Below are positions 11,921 to 25,590 of a stretch of DNA of 58,835 nt, one piece after another. The DNA is from Chromera velia (Eukaryota), in assembly GCA_018398765.1 (NCBI GenBank), contig JAHBMJ010000038.1:1-58835 (forward strand), written 5' to 3'. The notes below the pieces were generated by a model. The model was not told the origin of the DNA. It did not search any database and was given only the letters and a program-made list of their open reading frames with translations. Position 1 is the stretch's first letter. The number at the start of each line of letters is the position of its first letter. A program made the translations under genes and the position numbers.

Positions 11921-14900
11921 TCACCCTTGTTTCACTGTGATTCTTCCTGCTGCATATGGAACCGAAGTCACGTGAGAAAGGAACACCTCCGCCCTGGTCT
12001 TCCCGTGTGCTGCTCGAATGGCGTCCGTGTCCACATCGAGAGTCCTCAAGCGACAGTTGAGAGCCGCCAGATCTTCCTCTATCAACCGACGGACCGTTCG
12101 CACGGAGGAAGACGGACACTCCTCACTCACCAACCCCTTTTCAGACTCCACAGAGACTTCTGGAGCTGCTGCTACACCACCCGCCTCTTTTCCGGCACTA
12201 GAGACCGACTTTCCGTCTTCATCTTCCTGCTTTACAACCGAAGTACTCCTGGGTCTCTGTCCTAACAGTGTCTCTGTATCCTCCCGTGCGGCAGCTTCTC
12301 TCTGAAGCTTCAGTGCTGCCGTAGCGAGACTCTCTGGCCCCTCATTTCCCTTTGCCTTTCCCCCCTTTGTCCTGGAGAGATCTGCAGAGAGACGTACGAG
12401 GTCCATATGAGCAGTGCCCCCAAAGGCGAGGCTGTGGGGACGCGGGCGGGGACGGCCTGATCGGGAAGAGGGGGGCACAGGGGGAATTGGATGGGGGGGG
12501 AATTTTTCTTCTTCCAAAGTGTCGGTGCTTGCATGGGTGTCTGTGCCTTCCTGCTCAAGCTTCTGGCTGACAAGGAGCTCGGCCCTCTTGGCTGCCCGTC
12601 TCCTCTCTTTCATCTCTCTGGCGAGCGAATCGTAAAGGGTCAGGGCTGCGTCCTTGGGCTGGCCGTTCTCGTCTTTCACAGGGGGAAGAAGACTGAGGGA
12701 AGGAATGGTGTGACGAGGCTTGAATCCTGCCTGTTTTGTTTTTGTTTGTCTGTTCTTTCGTGCAGAGTCTCTGTGCTGATTCTGTCTTTTTGTCTCTGTA
12801 TCCTTCTCTCCTCCAGAAGATTCCTCACTCTTTGTGTCTCCTTCTCCCTCTTTCTGTTCTCCCCCCTCTCCCTCCTCTCCCTTTGCCTTTGCCAGTTGCT
12901 CTCCCTTCGTCCGAGCATTTCGAGTCTCAAACGCTTCATCCAGAGCTTTTGCAACTTTGGCGAAGGCTGCAAAGTCCCGCGGGTGTAACTTGGGGGGGTT
13001 GTTCTTTTTGTTTTGTTCTTTTGATCTTAACCCTCCAGGCGGCGAGTATCCGTTCTCTTTGTCTCCTAATGCCTCTGCCAGAGGAAGGGGAAGGAAATCC
13101 TCCGGGGAGACTAAGAGAGTGCGGGCTTTGGGGGAGAGAGTAAAGAAGGGAACTCGCTCAGACCTAGGGCGGGGTGGGGATTTCTTTTCTGGTTCTTTTT
13201 TCTTTGTCCTGGGTGTGAACCTCCTCTCTCTACATGAGGGCAGATAAGAAGAGCTCTTTGATTGTTTGACGGGGTCGTTGGATAGAGAGGTTTCAGGATC
13301 TCTTCCCTCGTCTTCTTCCTTCTGCGTCTCTGTGGGGGAGTCGTTGTTTTCATCTGCTTCTTTTGTATCTCCCTTTCTGTTTGTCTTCCCCTCTTCTTTC
13401 TCGCTTTCTTTCTTCTTGTTTCCCTTGAAGCTCCCCTGTTGTGTCCCCTCTCGAGGAATATCGTCATACGACCGCATCAACAATGCCACCATGCTCTGCT
13501 GGACGTACGGTTCTCGCAAGGCCTCTCTGTCAACGAATTGAAGACGGCTGGCTAGGGCATCAAGGGGTCTGAAGCGAGTCACGAAGGGACGATGACGTCT
13601 TCCCCTGTCGTCCCGGATCAGGGGTGTGGGGCTGCAGTGTGAATCAGTCAGTCAGACAGACAGTCAGTCAGTCAGTCAGTCAGTGAGTGAGTCGGTCGGT
13701 CGGTCGGTCAGTCAGTCAATCAGTCAGTCAGAAAGTCCGTCAGTCAGTCAGTCAGTCAGTGGGTCGGTCGGTCGGTCGGTCAGTCAGTCAATCAGTCAGT
13801 CAGAAAGTCCGTCAGTCAGTCAGTGAGTCGGTTGGTCGGTCGGTCGGTCAGTCAGTCAATCAGTCAGTCAGAAAGTCCGTCAGTCAGTCAGTCAGTCAGT
13901 CAGTCAGTCAGTCAGTCAGTCAGTCTATCAGTCAGTCAGTCAGTCAGTCAGTCAGTTAGTCAGTCAATCAAGCAAGCAAGCCGGTATCTAATCAATTCCA
14001 AAAATCTATTCTCCTTTGCACATATTCTGTCTTCGGATTTCCTTACAACTGAGCCATGTATAAAAATGTCTCTCTCGATCAATGAGGGTCCCAACAAGTG
14101 GACGAAAAAAGAGTGGAGCGAAGAGAAGAGAAAACCAAAGAGAAGTGCCAAAGAGAGGAGAGAGACCACTAATCCCCCTTTCCCCCTCCTGACCTGCTTC
14201 CCTTCCGGGGACTCTGCGAGGGCGGTTCAGGCAGAGGGGTGTGACGCAGAAGCGACAACAGGGCGGTGGCTGCAGGGAACCCCGCAAGTGAGGACGGAGG
14301 CGCGAAGCTCTCCCCCTTCCCTCCAATCAGACCGCCCGTGTTGGTGCTGAAGGTGCCTGCAACCCCTGCATCCAGAGTCTGCCGAAGGGCTGCCAGGCCT
14401 TGGGGACGAGCGGTCGCGTTCTGGCAGAGCTGCAAGAGGCGACAAAGAAGAGGGAAAGCATTTACTCGAACCAACGCTCCATCGAGTCACCGGCAAAGCG
14501 AGACAGACGAAAAAAGTTTGCCCTCATGGTGACAGCCTTTCCCTACGTCGTCGGGCTGACTACGAAGGAAATCAGCACTGACTGAAGTATTGATAACATG
14601 CGCAAAAGAGACGCAAAGGGGGGATGGGAGAGAGATGGTCTGGAAGGCAGGCTGATACGCACACGCACGTGCACAGACACATATAGGGTTGGGAAGACAG
14701 ACACACAAGCAAGCACACACCAACTCAGAATCCCGTCGTTTCTCTGCATACAGCCTGCCTGCACCTCTCTCCTCTGCCCCCCTCTTCTCACTGCCTGACT
14801 GCCTGACTGCCTGACTGCCTGACTGTCTGACTGCCTGACTGTCTGACTGCCTGACTGCCTGATTGTCTGCCTGCCTGACTGCCTGACTGTCTGACTGCCT

Positions 14901-15970
14901 GACTGCCTGAGTGCCTGACTGCCTGACTGCCTGACTGCCTGACTGACTAACTCTGATAACACCCGGAGGCGCCTGCCCGAAAAAGAACGGCTCCTTGTCC
15001 TGCTCGGCATCGAAGTCCACACACCTCAGATGACGCTGCCGCAGTCTTTCTCGGGCTCTCAACGCACGCAGGCGGGCGGCCTCTGCTGCTCTCTGGGCCC
15101 TCTCCCGCGCCAGTCTCCTCTCGTCTGCCGGGGTCAGGTACCGGAACCCTCCCCCATCCCCCTTCGTCTGAGCTGCTGTGCCTATGCCTCCGCTGGTTGC
15201 CCCTCTGCTTCCTGCCTGACTTATAACCAACTCAGGACTCTCTGAGCCTGCCTCCTCTGTGTCAGTGCCTGAGAGAAGGACGGTCTCAATAAGAGCCCTC
15301 ACGTAGTCTGCAACTGCTTCTTCGTACCTGCATACAAATGCATGCCCAGGCAGATGAATACACAAGCTCACACGTAGAGATATACATTCATATACAAGCC
15401 ATATGACATACGCATACGCAGACACAGAGATTCATGTTCTGCGAAAGACAGGGAAAGTGGTTGTGCATTCGGCTCTTTCGAACCGTGTTCCTGTGTCTGC
15501 ACAAAGAACACAGAGGAGAGAAAGAGGAGGAGAAATGCAGATAGGGGACCGGACCTCTCCTTTCGGAAAATTGACTCACTCTGTTTCATCTTCAGACCGG
15601 GAGGTCGCACCACAGTCGTCTTGCTGCAGGCAGAAAAGACAAGGAGGGAGCTTGAATACACAGGGAACATGATTCCTTGGAAGAAGGCAACGAGGAGCAG
15701 TGCACATGCATGCATGCAAGCAAGCATGTGTCTGACCTGCGTCCCTTCCGGCCACACTTCAGGGTAAGCATCTTCAGGTAGATCCCCGTCTTGGTCCAGC
15801 AGGAACCCTGTGGCAATGCTCCCCCCTTCCTCTGCCGAAAGCTGTGCAAGGGAATCCCCAAAACACTTGTTCAGGATGTCCCAGGTCAAAGGAAGGAGAT
15901 CCGAGGAAGACACAGAGGAAACCTCCCCGGCAGTGCCGGCAGACTCCTCTCCCTCGTGCACGTCTGTCAT
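11921..15970 (-). CDS. Hypothetical low-complexity/coiled-coil protein (~866 aa, 5 exons)
   Basis: Exons 15970-15737, 15623-15580, 15327-14952, 14429-14194 and 13631-11921 join in frame with GT-AG boundaries. No family recognised. Confidence 0.75.
13643..13970. repeat. Compound (CAGT)n/(GGTC)n intronic microsatellite with ~62-bp higher-order units
   Basis: Visible repeat; the unit containing gaaagtccgt recurs three times. Confidence 0.9.
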
Positions 15971-16524
15971 TTCTCTGCGATGCCCTTTTCAAAGACCAAG
16001 AAGGAAAGGTGCAGCTACACGTGGGCTTTTGTCGCTTCCTTCTGCACAGGGGTGGCTTTCGCACAATCACGGTTGCTGCTTCGATGACGGTTGGGATCAA
16101 CAGTTTCAACTGCGTGCATGCTTGGAATGTCCTAGCTATTGCGTGAAATTGCGTGCGTAGCCTGCATGGGCGGCCGAGCTAAAATTTTTGAGACACGCGA
16201 AACATAATCCATGCAGCGAAACATATTCCATGCATGTGCGAGAAAGCCAAGAGCTCAGAGGGAGGAAGCTTCATTCAGAGGGGGTCGCAGCAATTCAGGC
16301 CCCTTACGACGATGGTGACTGGGAGTGAACATTAAGTAACTAAAGACTAGACAAAAGGCTTAGATAACAAAGACTATGCATATTAAAATATTCTGTGTGC
16401 AAAAATATAATATTTTTGGATCAGTCTTAATTTGTTTTGGCTTGTCAAGGTCTTCGTTTTAGCTTATCGATCTTCGTTTTGGCTCATTTTATTGCCAACA
16501 TATGAGGCCCTGAAGTCCATTTTC

Positions 16525-16990
16525 ACACTGTTTGTGATCCCTTACAGTTAAAAAAAAAAGTTCCATATAGATAGAGATGCTCCGTTTGTGATCCCGTACA
16601 GTCGAAAAAAGAAGTTCCATACAGATGGAGATGCACCGTTTGTGATCCCCTACAGTCGAAAAAAAAAAGTTCCGTACAGTAAAACGTATGCCGTTTATGA
16701 TCCCTTACAGATAAAAAAAGAAGTTCCATACAGCAGAACGTGTACCGTTTATGATCCCCTGCAGACAAAACAGAAAGTTCCACATACTGGCAGCAGAACG
16801 TATACGAACCGTTTGTGATCCCCTACAGTCAAAAAAAGAAGTTCCGCACAGTAAAATGTGTATACTATATATAATTCCCTATAGTTTAAAAAAAAAGGTT
16901 CTGCAATGAATCCATATATAGGCTTATGATGTAGCAGAACCTGTATTATTTATGATCCCCTGCAGACAAAAAAAAAAGTTATATAGAACA
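16525..16990. repeat. ~54-bp minisatellite, ~8 diverged copies
   Basis: Core ttt(g/a)tgatccc.t(a/g)cag..aaaaaa.aagttcc starts at 16531, 16585, 16639, 16694, 16748 and 16812, with degenerate copies at ~16869 and ~16949. Confidence 0.9.
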
Positions 16991-17702
16991 AAATGTGTAC
17001 TGACTCTACCGAGAGTGATTTACAGATATAAAGCAACCTTGTGGCATGTATGACAAAACTCTTAATCATCAAGCAACCTTATGGTACATATTTTTTGGCC
17101 ATATTTTGCCAGTGCTGCCAGGAGCTATTGCCTAGCTATTGCTGCAGCACAGGTACTGAGGGAGAATGACGGTGATTAAGATAATTTAGGAGTGAGTGAG
17201 AAGCTGAAGTAACTGGTTAAATTCAAACCTTAACTTGCCATATTATTCTACTGGATTAGACTACAATAGAGCAAATATGACTCGAAACATGATTGGACTT
17301 TAATTTTTTAAGAAAACACGTGCATATGGAATAAAAGCCGACAAGAGCTTAAACGAGAATTTAATAAACCAAATTTAAAAGTATTTTTAGAGCAAGAACT
17401 TCTAGAAGAACTTCCTAAGGAACCTTTCACCGGGAAGGAACGCTACATAATAATTAAAAGGGAAATTTTCCTTAAAGCTATTCTTGCAGTTGCCTAGGAG
17501 GTCAGAAAATGCATATGCACAACGAGAGGGAAGCCTGGGAAGGTGTAAACTACAGTGGTTCCAAGAGTGGTTCACAACCATTGTTCTAACTGAGTTGCAA
17601 TCATCGGATTCATCTCAGTCATTAAGGGTATCTATCTGTTTTGTTTTGCGCTGTAAGTTGGAATCATGATTAGTCTCGAACTTCATTGACCTCCATATTT
17701 TC

Positions 17703-19131
17703 TCAACATCTCGTCTCCTTGACACTAGCCTTGAAAACACTTGTCATGGTATAGAAGGGCAGCGAGGCTCGGTAGCCAACCTCCTCCCCCAACTCTGCGT
17801 CTTCGTCTCTCTTTCCCTCGGCCTCATCGGCGGCCTCCAAAGTGAAAAGAGACCGAAGAGACTCTAGATTACTCGCCCCTCCCGCCGACTCGGACGCTCC
17901 ATGATCACCGTCGAGACTCATCGGAGGCGAACAAACCAACGCCTGCATGCATGCATGCATGCGAAAGTGGTGAGAAGTCAACAAAGCGCAAGAAGACAAC
18001 TTGTCGAAAGACCGAGACAGAAAAGGAACAATGAAAAAGTACCAACTTGAATGTCCTGTTCCCAACTGACTTCTTTGATTGCCAATGCGATCCTTCCAGT
18101 GTCCGATGGCCCCCAGAAAGAATTACCGTCTTCATCCCACCGATTTCTTTTTCTCCCAGGCACAAAATCTCTGTCTCTTGCTCTTTCCTTGCCCTCCACC
18201 TCTCCTTCTCCCTCCTGTAGTCCCCCCTCTTTCCACTGAAGTTGGCGCAACGATGCCCGCAACCAGGAGACACCAGGACCACCCCCCGAGAGATCAAACC
18301 GTGGGGGGCCAGGTCTTGTGAGTGTCCGATTTGGAGGATACAGGGATACGTAGTCATGAAAGCAGCCGACAAGCGGCACGGATGCCTCTCCCTTGTCTTC
18401 GTCCTCCACAGGCAGCACAGCGGGGGTCCTCAGGAGGGCAATCAAGGGAGACGGCTCTCCCTCTTGGCCTTCCAAGGTTTGTCTGCAAACAAACAAAAAG
18501 GCAGAAGAAGAAAAAGAACAAAGTCTCTCTGAATGCTAATCCGTTGTCTGCAGACAATCGGACACGCTGTCAGTCTCCAAGACACGCATAGAGAGCCCAC
18601 AAGAGGGGAGAAAAGAAAATGAGAACAAATCGAGAGAGCACAATTAAGGGTTTAGTTGCACAATGAATGCCTGACTGTCCAAAACTTCCTTCCACCATTC
18701 AACTGCCACTGCATCCCGTTCTCTCCCTTAATTGTTTCTGCCTGCCTGCCTGCCTGCCTGCCTACACTCTCATTCATTTCCTCTCTCGGCAGAACCATCG
18801 ATCTACATTACTACTGCAGGATTGCTAATTGTGCTCCATCCAATTTCGGTCCATTGTCTCTCTGCATGTATCCCATCCCTCCCTCCCTGTAGACCCACCC
18901 ACGCACCTCCTCAGCTTGAGAGGCAGGTCCCCCCGTGCAAGGGCCCACACAGCAGAGGAAAGGAGGGGGTCTCCAAATCCACTCTGCAACAAGAAAGAAA
19001 AACAGACAGACAAAAACAGGAAGGGAGAGAAAGAGGAGAGAGAAAATAATCTCGAATCACCGGCGGCCTATAAAGGGTGCAAAAACATTTGTTCTACATC
19101 GAAAGAAAGAAAGAAAGAAAGAAAGAAAGAA

Positions 19132-19163
<32 letters not shown>

Positions 19164-19174
19164 AAAAGAAAAAA

Positions 19175-19207
<33 letters not shown>

Positions 19208-19209
19208 AA

Positions 19210-19241
<32 letters not shown>

Positions 19242-19323
19242 ACAAAAGAAAAGAAAAGAAAAGAAAGAAAAGAAAGAAAGCTAGAAAAGAAAAGAAAGAA
19301 AGAAAGAAAGAAAGAAAAGAAAA

Positions 19324-19354
<31 letters not shown>

Positions 19355-19613
19355 CGAACGAACGAACGAACGAAAGAAAGAAAGAAAGAAAGAAAGAACG
19401 AACGAACGAACGAACGAACGAAAGAAAGAAAGAAAAGAAAAGAAAAGAAAGAGAGAAAGAAAGAACGAAAAGAAAAGAAAGAAAGAAAAGAAAAGAAAAG
19501 AAAGAAAGAAAGAAAGAACGAACGAAAAGAAAAGAAAGAAAGAAAGAAAGAAAGAAAGAAAAGAAAGAAAGAAAAGAAAGAAAGAAAGAAAGAAAGAAAC
19601 CAAGAAAGAAACC

Positions 19614-19647
<34 letters not shown>

Positions 19648-19666
19648 GAAAGAAAGAAAGAAACCC

Positions 19667-19701
<35 letters not shown>

Positions 19702-22700
19702 AAAAAAAAAAGAAGGAAAGAAAGAAAGAAGACCTGGGCCCTCCAGTTCCTCAAATAGAAGAGGAAAAAAGGACCAGCCAGTCAAGGGCCTGAGAGGTTT
19801 CTGAAAAGAAAAAGACAGACAGACAGACAAACTGCCTCACTCACTCAGAGAAGTTTCATTTCTGCCTGACGACCTCTTCCGATACTGAAACGAATCAACG
19901 CAAATGGATCTGATAGTCAAAGCGACCAAGTCGATACAAAATTGCGTTCACAAATCTACTCTGTTCGAAAGAACCCCCCACCCCCCCTGCTTGGCTGACG
20001 GACGCACGTCTGAGAAGAAGCTCAGGAGGCGCCCGCCTGCCCGCACCATCTCCCCTTCAGAGATGCCCCATGAGAGGGACCTGGTCAGAGCGACAAGAGA
20101 AGGATCAGATAACTGAAATTTTTTCTCCTCTCCCTCTGACTTCCCCTCTCGATCTCCCCCATCACTCCTCACTTGCACTCCGGACTCCCTCTGCCCATGG
20201 TCTTTGCACGGAGGCACTGCAAACTTCAGCACACGCGCGAGTTCCCGTCTCCCCACTTGCCTGTCTTCACCACTCACGCCTGACGCCTCCTCCCCTTCCT
20301 CTCCCTGTTCAATCAGACCCGACACTGCTGCCAGGAAACGCCTAGAGGGTGGAAGCAGCAGAGCCAGCAAGACGGAGGATTCGTCTCCTTCCCATGTCCC
20401 AACAGTCTGACTGAAAGCCGTGTCACGACAACTAGATGGTGAAGACTGCTGCTGCACAAGAAGCCGACCAAGCAGATCTGCCGCGGCTCCCCTCTCTGAC
20501 CCGTCCCCTCTCGCAATGAGGGTGGACACGGAGCCCAGGGGGGAGTATCTGAAGACATCCAGAGCCTCCGCGCTGCCCTGCGAGCTCTCTCGCAGTCTCT
20601 CTGTGAGTGTACTGACAGGCAATACAAAACCTCCACTATCTGCACAAAAGCGCTGTAGCAATACGGAATCGTGAGACAGGGTCGGCACACATGCTGCAAA
20701 AGCCAGGGCAGATGCAACGCGAAGAGCATCCTCTCGCCCCCCCCCTTCAATTCCACCAGATGTCCCCTCAGAGAGAGGGAAGTGCCCCCGTTCTACAGGG
20801 GACAGGGAGACGAGAGCACGCGCAAGGGGATCTGCGAGGACACAGGGCGCATGTCGCGAGAGACCCTGGAAAGCGAAGAGTTCACTCGGTTCATCTCCCC
20901 GTCTCTCAATCTTCATCTTCTCAATGTTCACCCCTGCAGCCACCTGATATAGCCAGGACTCGAGACGGCCCCGGAAAGCCTGCCCGGTCTCCCCCGTCCC
21001 AGAGCTCTGTGCCAAAGAACGAATTTCCTCAACGAGACACACACAGAGGATCCCCGCGAGTACAGAGAGTACTGTAGGTCCCTTCTCATCATCGCAGAGA
21101 CAACAATCGGCCCCAACCGGATCGCTCACAAGGACCCCGTCATGCTCCACACCCCCGCTTCCAGGTGCCCACCCGGACTCTGAGGAAAGAGAACAGAGGG
21201 CGGCCCCGAACGTCAACCCACTCAAAGGCACAACACTACTCTCAATAATCTGAACAGACCGAATGAATCTGTCAAACGCTGTCGACTCCCCTTTCTCTCT
21301 CCCGAGGGCTCTCCACAGCATCTGCTTGACCGACTCACTCTCTGCTGCCTCCCATGCACCCTTTCGATTCAACAGGAGAAGAGCGAGACGAAGTGCAGGG
21401 AGAGAGCACAACAGAGCGAGTCGAACCTTCCTCCTCCTTTCCTCCATTTCCCCTGCAGCCTCCCTAACCCCCTCCACAGAGACCATCTCATCAGGGTCCC
21501 TCCCATTTTCCTCAACCCTGCTCTCCTGCTCGTCCAGCAGAGCGGACGCGGTGGAAAGGACTCGACAAACATGAGGGAGTATCTCTCGGTAGACCACCTG
21601 CGGACACAAGTATGTTTTTACAGAAAGAAAAAATGCAAATACTTTGTACGTCCACATCATATCCCGTTGGAACACGCGCAAAGACAAAAACGGGAGAAAA
21701 GCAAATGACATAATGAATGCAAAAAAAATCATTACTCGAGTTGTCAGAAATGCGAACAAGGAAATACAAGTACACAGAGTGGCTTGATACATGATGGCGA
21801 GAACTGAACTCAAGACTGTTCCCTCCCCCCCAACCAAATCAATGATAGCGAGAACTGAACACAAGACTGTTCCCTCCCCCCCGACCAAATGAATGAACGA
21901 ATCCACCGACTTACCTTCATCTCCTCCTCGCCTGATGCCGTCCTTTTCAAAACACTCTCCACAACCAGACACATCTCACTCCCCAAGACAAGCCCATCTT
22001 CACCCAAACCCGAGCCTTCCCCCAAACATTTCTCTCCACCAGCCCCCACACCATGAGGAGACAACCGCTCTAGTCTCCTACTGATCATCTCCAGATCCTC
22101 CAGTGCCTCCCTCTGCGTGCCCCCCCCCTTCTCCCACCAACAACGCAGGAGACGGAAAGCCTCAATCACCGTCTCTTCTGACCAATCCCCGCAAAGAACA
22201 GAAAGGCACACGTCTCTAAAAGAGGATCCTGACAGACTCTCCTCAAAATTCCTCCCTGCTGAGTCATGCAGAATGGTTCCCACAGACTCAGACCAACGTC
22301 TGAACAGGTACAGAAACAAAACACACACCCGACCCCTGGCTTCTTGATCTAAATTTCCCCCCCCTTCTTCTACAAATTTTATCCACGCTTCTCGAATCGA
22401 TCGCAACAAACGCTCATGACGACCTAACAAAGATGCCGCAAACCTCCCACGACACACGAGAGACGCCACCACTACCAGCACACTGTCTCGTGCCCGTCCC
22501 CCCTCGTCTACAGCGGCCAGACGTCCCGGCAGAGTCTCCAGAAGTGACGACAGCCGGTCCGCCACCTCTGTTCTCACCACCAGTGCCGTCACTGGATCAT
22601 CTTTCAGAAACACAGAATCCCGAACGCCCTCTTCTTCTCCCCCTTCTTCCTCTTCTTCTTCTTCTTCATCCCTCCCCCCGTCAACGCAGGCCGAGTGAAC

Positions 22701-24612
22701 CAAATCCCAGCCCATCACTTCTCTCCATTGAGAAAAGGGAGAAGCACCCTCCCCCCCAGACACCACACGGAGCACATCGAGGCCGTCAGAGAGATGGGAA
22801 GGCATGCTGAGGAGGCCTTTGTGTGTCACGGGGGGCAGCAGGTGTTTTGCCCTCTGAGGAGCGAACAGAGCTGCCATGAGGCCGAGAGCGTGGAGCTGCA
22901 CGAGGGGCCGGGGGTCGTCGAGGAGAATGCGAACCTTCCAGGGTAGGGCCAGGGGTCCGACCAGGTACCTGTGTGTATGTGTGTGTATGTGTATGTGTGT
23001 GTGTGCAGTCAGGCGGAGAGGTATCTAAAGTGCACAATAATACATTGGTAATTTTGCAGGAGAGAACCGCAGCCTCGTAAAAGCCAACGCAAGCAGGTGG
23101 GGAGAGAGAGAGAGAGAGAGAGAGAGAGAAGCAGTCTGAAATCGAAACGAACTTATGCGCTCACAGAAAGAACACAAAAGAAGCAGCCACTGACCGCTGC
23201 CATCGAAGCCAACCAAATCCAAGGGCTCCTCTCATCTCTCCCCTCTCCCTTTCCCTTTCCTCCCAGCTGCCCTTCTGGCCTGATCCCACGCCCACACTAT
23301 CAACAGCTTTCCTCACAAGCCCGCCCCCGTTCGCTGCCTGTCTCAACGTCTGTGCCAGAGTTCGAATGGCCATAATCTTCTGGGGCACGAAAGAGGACTG
23401 AGACAGGTGGATGAGCTCAGGCAGCGTGTACCCAGGCAATGCAGGGTCCTTCCCGTGGTGGTGAAGACCTCTCGAGTAGAAGAGGGGGTCCTCATTGGCC
23501 TCCTCCTCGTATGCCCTCAACAGGGCAAGGCGGGGGTCTGAATCTGCATCATCTGCATCTAGTGAGGGTGAGGGAAGTTTGCTGCAGAGATTGCCCTCAA
23601 AGTCGAAACGCAAATTCTCCAGCCGGATCCTGAAGGAAGCCCCACTGGCAGGCCCCTCTTCCTCGAACATAAAGTTCTCAGTCGGGCCGGGGGGATTTGT
23701 CCACTCTAGTTTCTCGAAGTCTCCCTCTGTCAGGTGACACAAAAAGGGATCTTCAGGAGGATGAGGGTGTGAGTCTGTGTCTGGATTGATTGGGGAAGTA
23801 CCCGAGGGCTGAAAGGTGAATGTGAGGGGTTGGGAAGGGGCAGGCTCCTCCTTCTCTTGTTGGGGTTTGGAGGGACCTGTTTTTTCTCTTCTGTCATCTC
23901 GGGAGGTAGAAGGATCAGGAGGAGCCTGTCTCTTCTTCCCACTGGCTGCAGCAGCGGCAGCCGCCCTCTTTTGAAATACAGCACGGAGACGCGGGTTCTC
24001 CAGGAGGGAGGCGACTTCCGCGTGGGCTGCGCTGAGTTCGCCTGCAGTCATTGCCTGGAGACGGCGCCTGTTTTCTTCGTCCACAGATTCTTTCAACTGC
24101 ACGTACTCTCTGTCTGCTGCTGGGATAGAGTGGGATGGGGGGCGGACGGGCGGCGGGGGTGGGGACAGTAATGGAGGCGTTTCTTTCTCTTTCTCTTGCT
24201 GCACAGAGGAGACGGCCTTGCCCTTTTTTGGAGACGGAGTAGGTCTCTGCATGGGCGTCTCTCCCTGTCCCTTTCCACGCGCCTTGTCCAAGCGCTGCTT
24301 CCAAAGACTTCTCTTCACAGGCACAGGAAATCCACTGGTTGCTTCCTGCAAAGAGGGGCAGAGGAAAGGGGAAGAGAGGAGAACGGTTTGACACAGCAGG
24401 AGTGATGACTCCCCTCACGAGACCGAGACTGCGGTGCTGACCTCCTTTCCTTTCATGATTCCAGAGGGTACGGAGAGAGGGTTTCTTTCCACAATGGTGT
24501 CTTCAATGACGCTGCATTCTGCCGTCTCGTCAGCCTTCCAGTCAGAGGAAGAGGGAGGGCCCCGCTCCTGCACGCCCTTCAACTCTTCAAGGACCTGCCG
24601 GCCCGTCTCCAT
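17703..24612 (-). CDS. RPAP1: RNA polymerase II-associated protein 1 (RPAP1/Rba50/IYO family), ~1564 aa, 7 exons
   Basis: Exons 24612-24442, 24345-23195, 22968-21915, 21597-20008, 18983-18907, 18482-18071 and 17942-17703 join in frame. Motifs: RPAP1_N (VDEENRRRLQAMTAGEL..L.P.L), RPAP1_C (LRFDFEG...GLHHHG.DP..PGYTL.EL..L..S....Q...A...L), and a C-terminal SGFGD. Confidence 0.9.
19100..19731. repeat. (GAAA)n-type intronic microsatellite
   Basis: Visible ~630-bp purine repeat inside RPAP1 intron 4. Confidence 0.95.
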
Positions 24613-25059
24613 CCTTTCAATCGATGGGGCGACAGAAGAAAGCCACTTAGTATGAAATCAAAGAAGGCCAAAATTTGAGCTCAATGAATGCTTGTGAAAA
24701 GACGCTGCATTGCTGGCCGGTCAGACTCTCTGATGGCGAAGTGTAGAAGCCGAGGGCACTGGTGACGCCATCGTGGCTTTCGCCAAGTCCGCCATTGAAA
24801 TTTCTTAATTGTAGATCTTAATTGTAGAGTGGGATTTTTGTGCTGCGAAATCCGCGCGTGCGTCATTTTGTGTTGCGGCGGCGCGTCTGCATGTCGACGG
24901 ATCGGTCGCGACTGCCCACGCGTATAATAAAATCGTATACCACTATAGCCTAAAATCTTGTAAGATGCTAGACAGCTGCAGAGAACTAGTAGCTAGTCTC
25001 TAAGCTACAAATAATAGATACTAGAATAGATATCTAATTCGATATAATATTAATTACCC

Positions 25060-25120
25060 ATTGATAATGTTGTCTAAACCCGGCAGCCATCGTGTCCTAA
25101 TGGCAGAGGGCAGTCTGAGC
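25060..25120 (-). repeat. Dispersed SINE/LINE-3'-like repeat (copy 2)
   Basis: The reverse complement reads cagactgccctctgccattaggacacgatggctgccgggtttagacaacattatca, homologous to 2965-3033. Confidence 0.6.
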
Positions 25121-25590
25121 ATACATGCATTGCTAGCCTAAGAACGTAAAAGCTAGCATAAAAGCTCACTCAGAGAGGCTAATGGCCATTATCAGAATTC
25201 GTGTGATAATAAGAATAGATCTAGGGATATATCTTAGATAATATTTATAGGGATATACTAGGGGATATATACACTAGGATACACAATTAATCGCTCTACC
25301 AGCCATGCCAGTACACCATATAGGAGGAAAAACTAAACTTGAAAAAACTTCAAAAAAGATACAATCTTAAACTAATATTTCACTTATAATTTCAGTTTTA
25401 CAAATCTTTGGAAAGTATAGATGAAAGCTTTGCGAGACAAAAAGTAGACTCTAGTAGAGCTTATTGCTGAAAGTGAAGCCAAGAGAGAGCCGAGGAGAGA
25501 GCTGGACTCGGAGGTGCAAGCGTGAGGTGTCAGGCAAGGTTTTAACTGCTTAGCAAACATGCCCAAGCTCTTGATCGTCAGGCTTTAATC

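Noticed and set aside
16525..16990. CRISPR-like array
   Set aside because: The variable parts are short and homologous to each other, there are no cas genes, and the context is eukaryotic. It is a minisatellite.
18829..19830. Long KERK/FLSF ORFs (also 57078-57855, 37252-38125, 13626-14350)
   Set aside because: These are translations of stop-free microsatellites inside introns.
19948..21972. 674-aa and 363-aa ORFs as separate genes
   Set aside because: They are RPAP1 exons with intronic read-through; in-frame splice sites join them.
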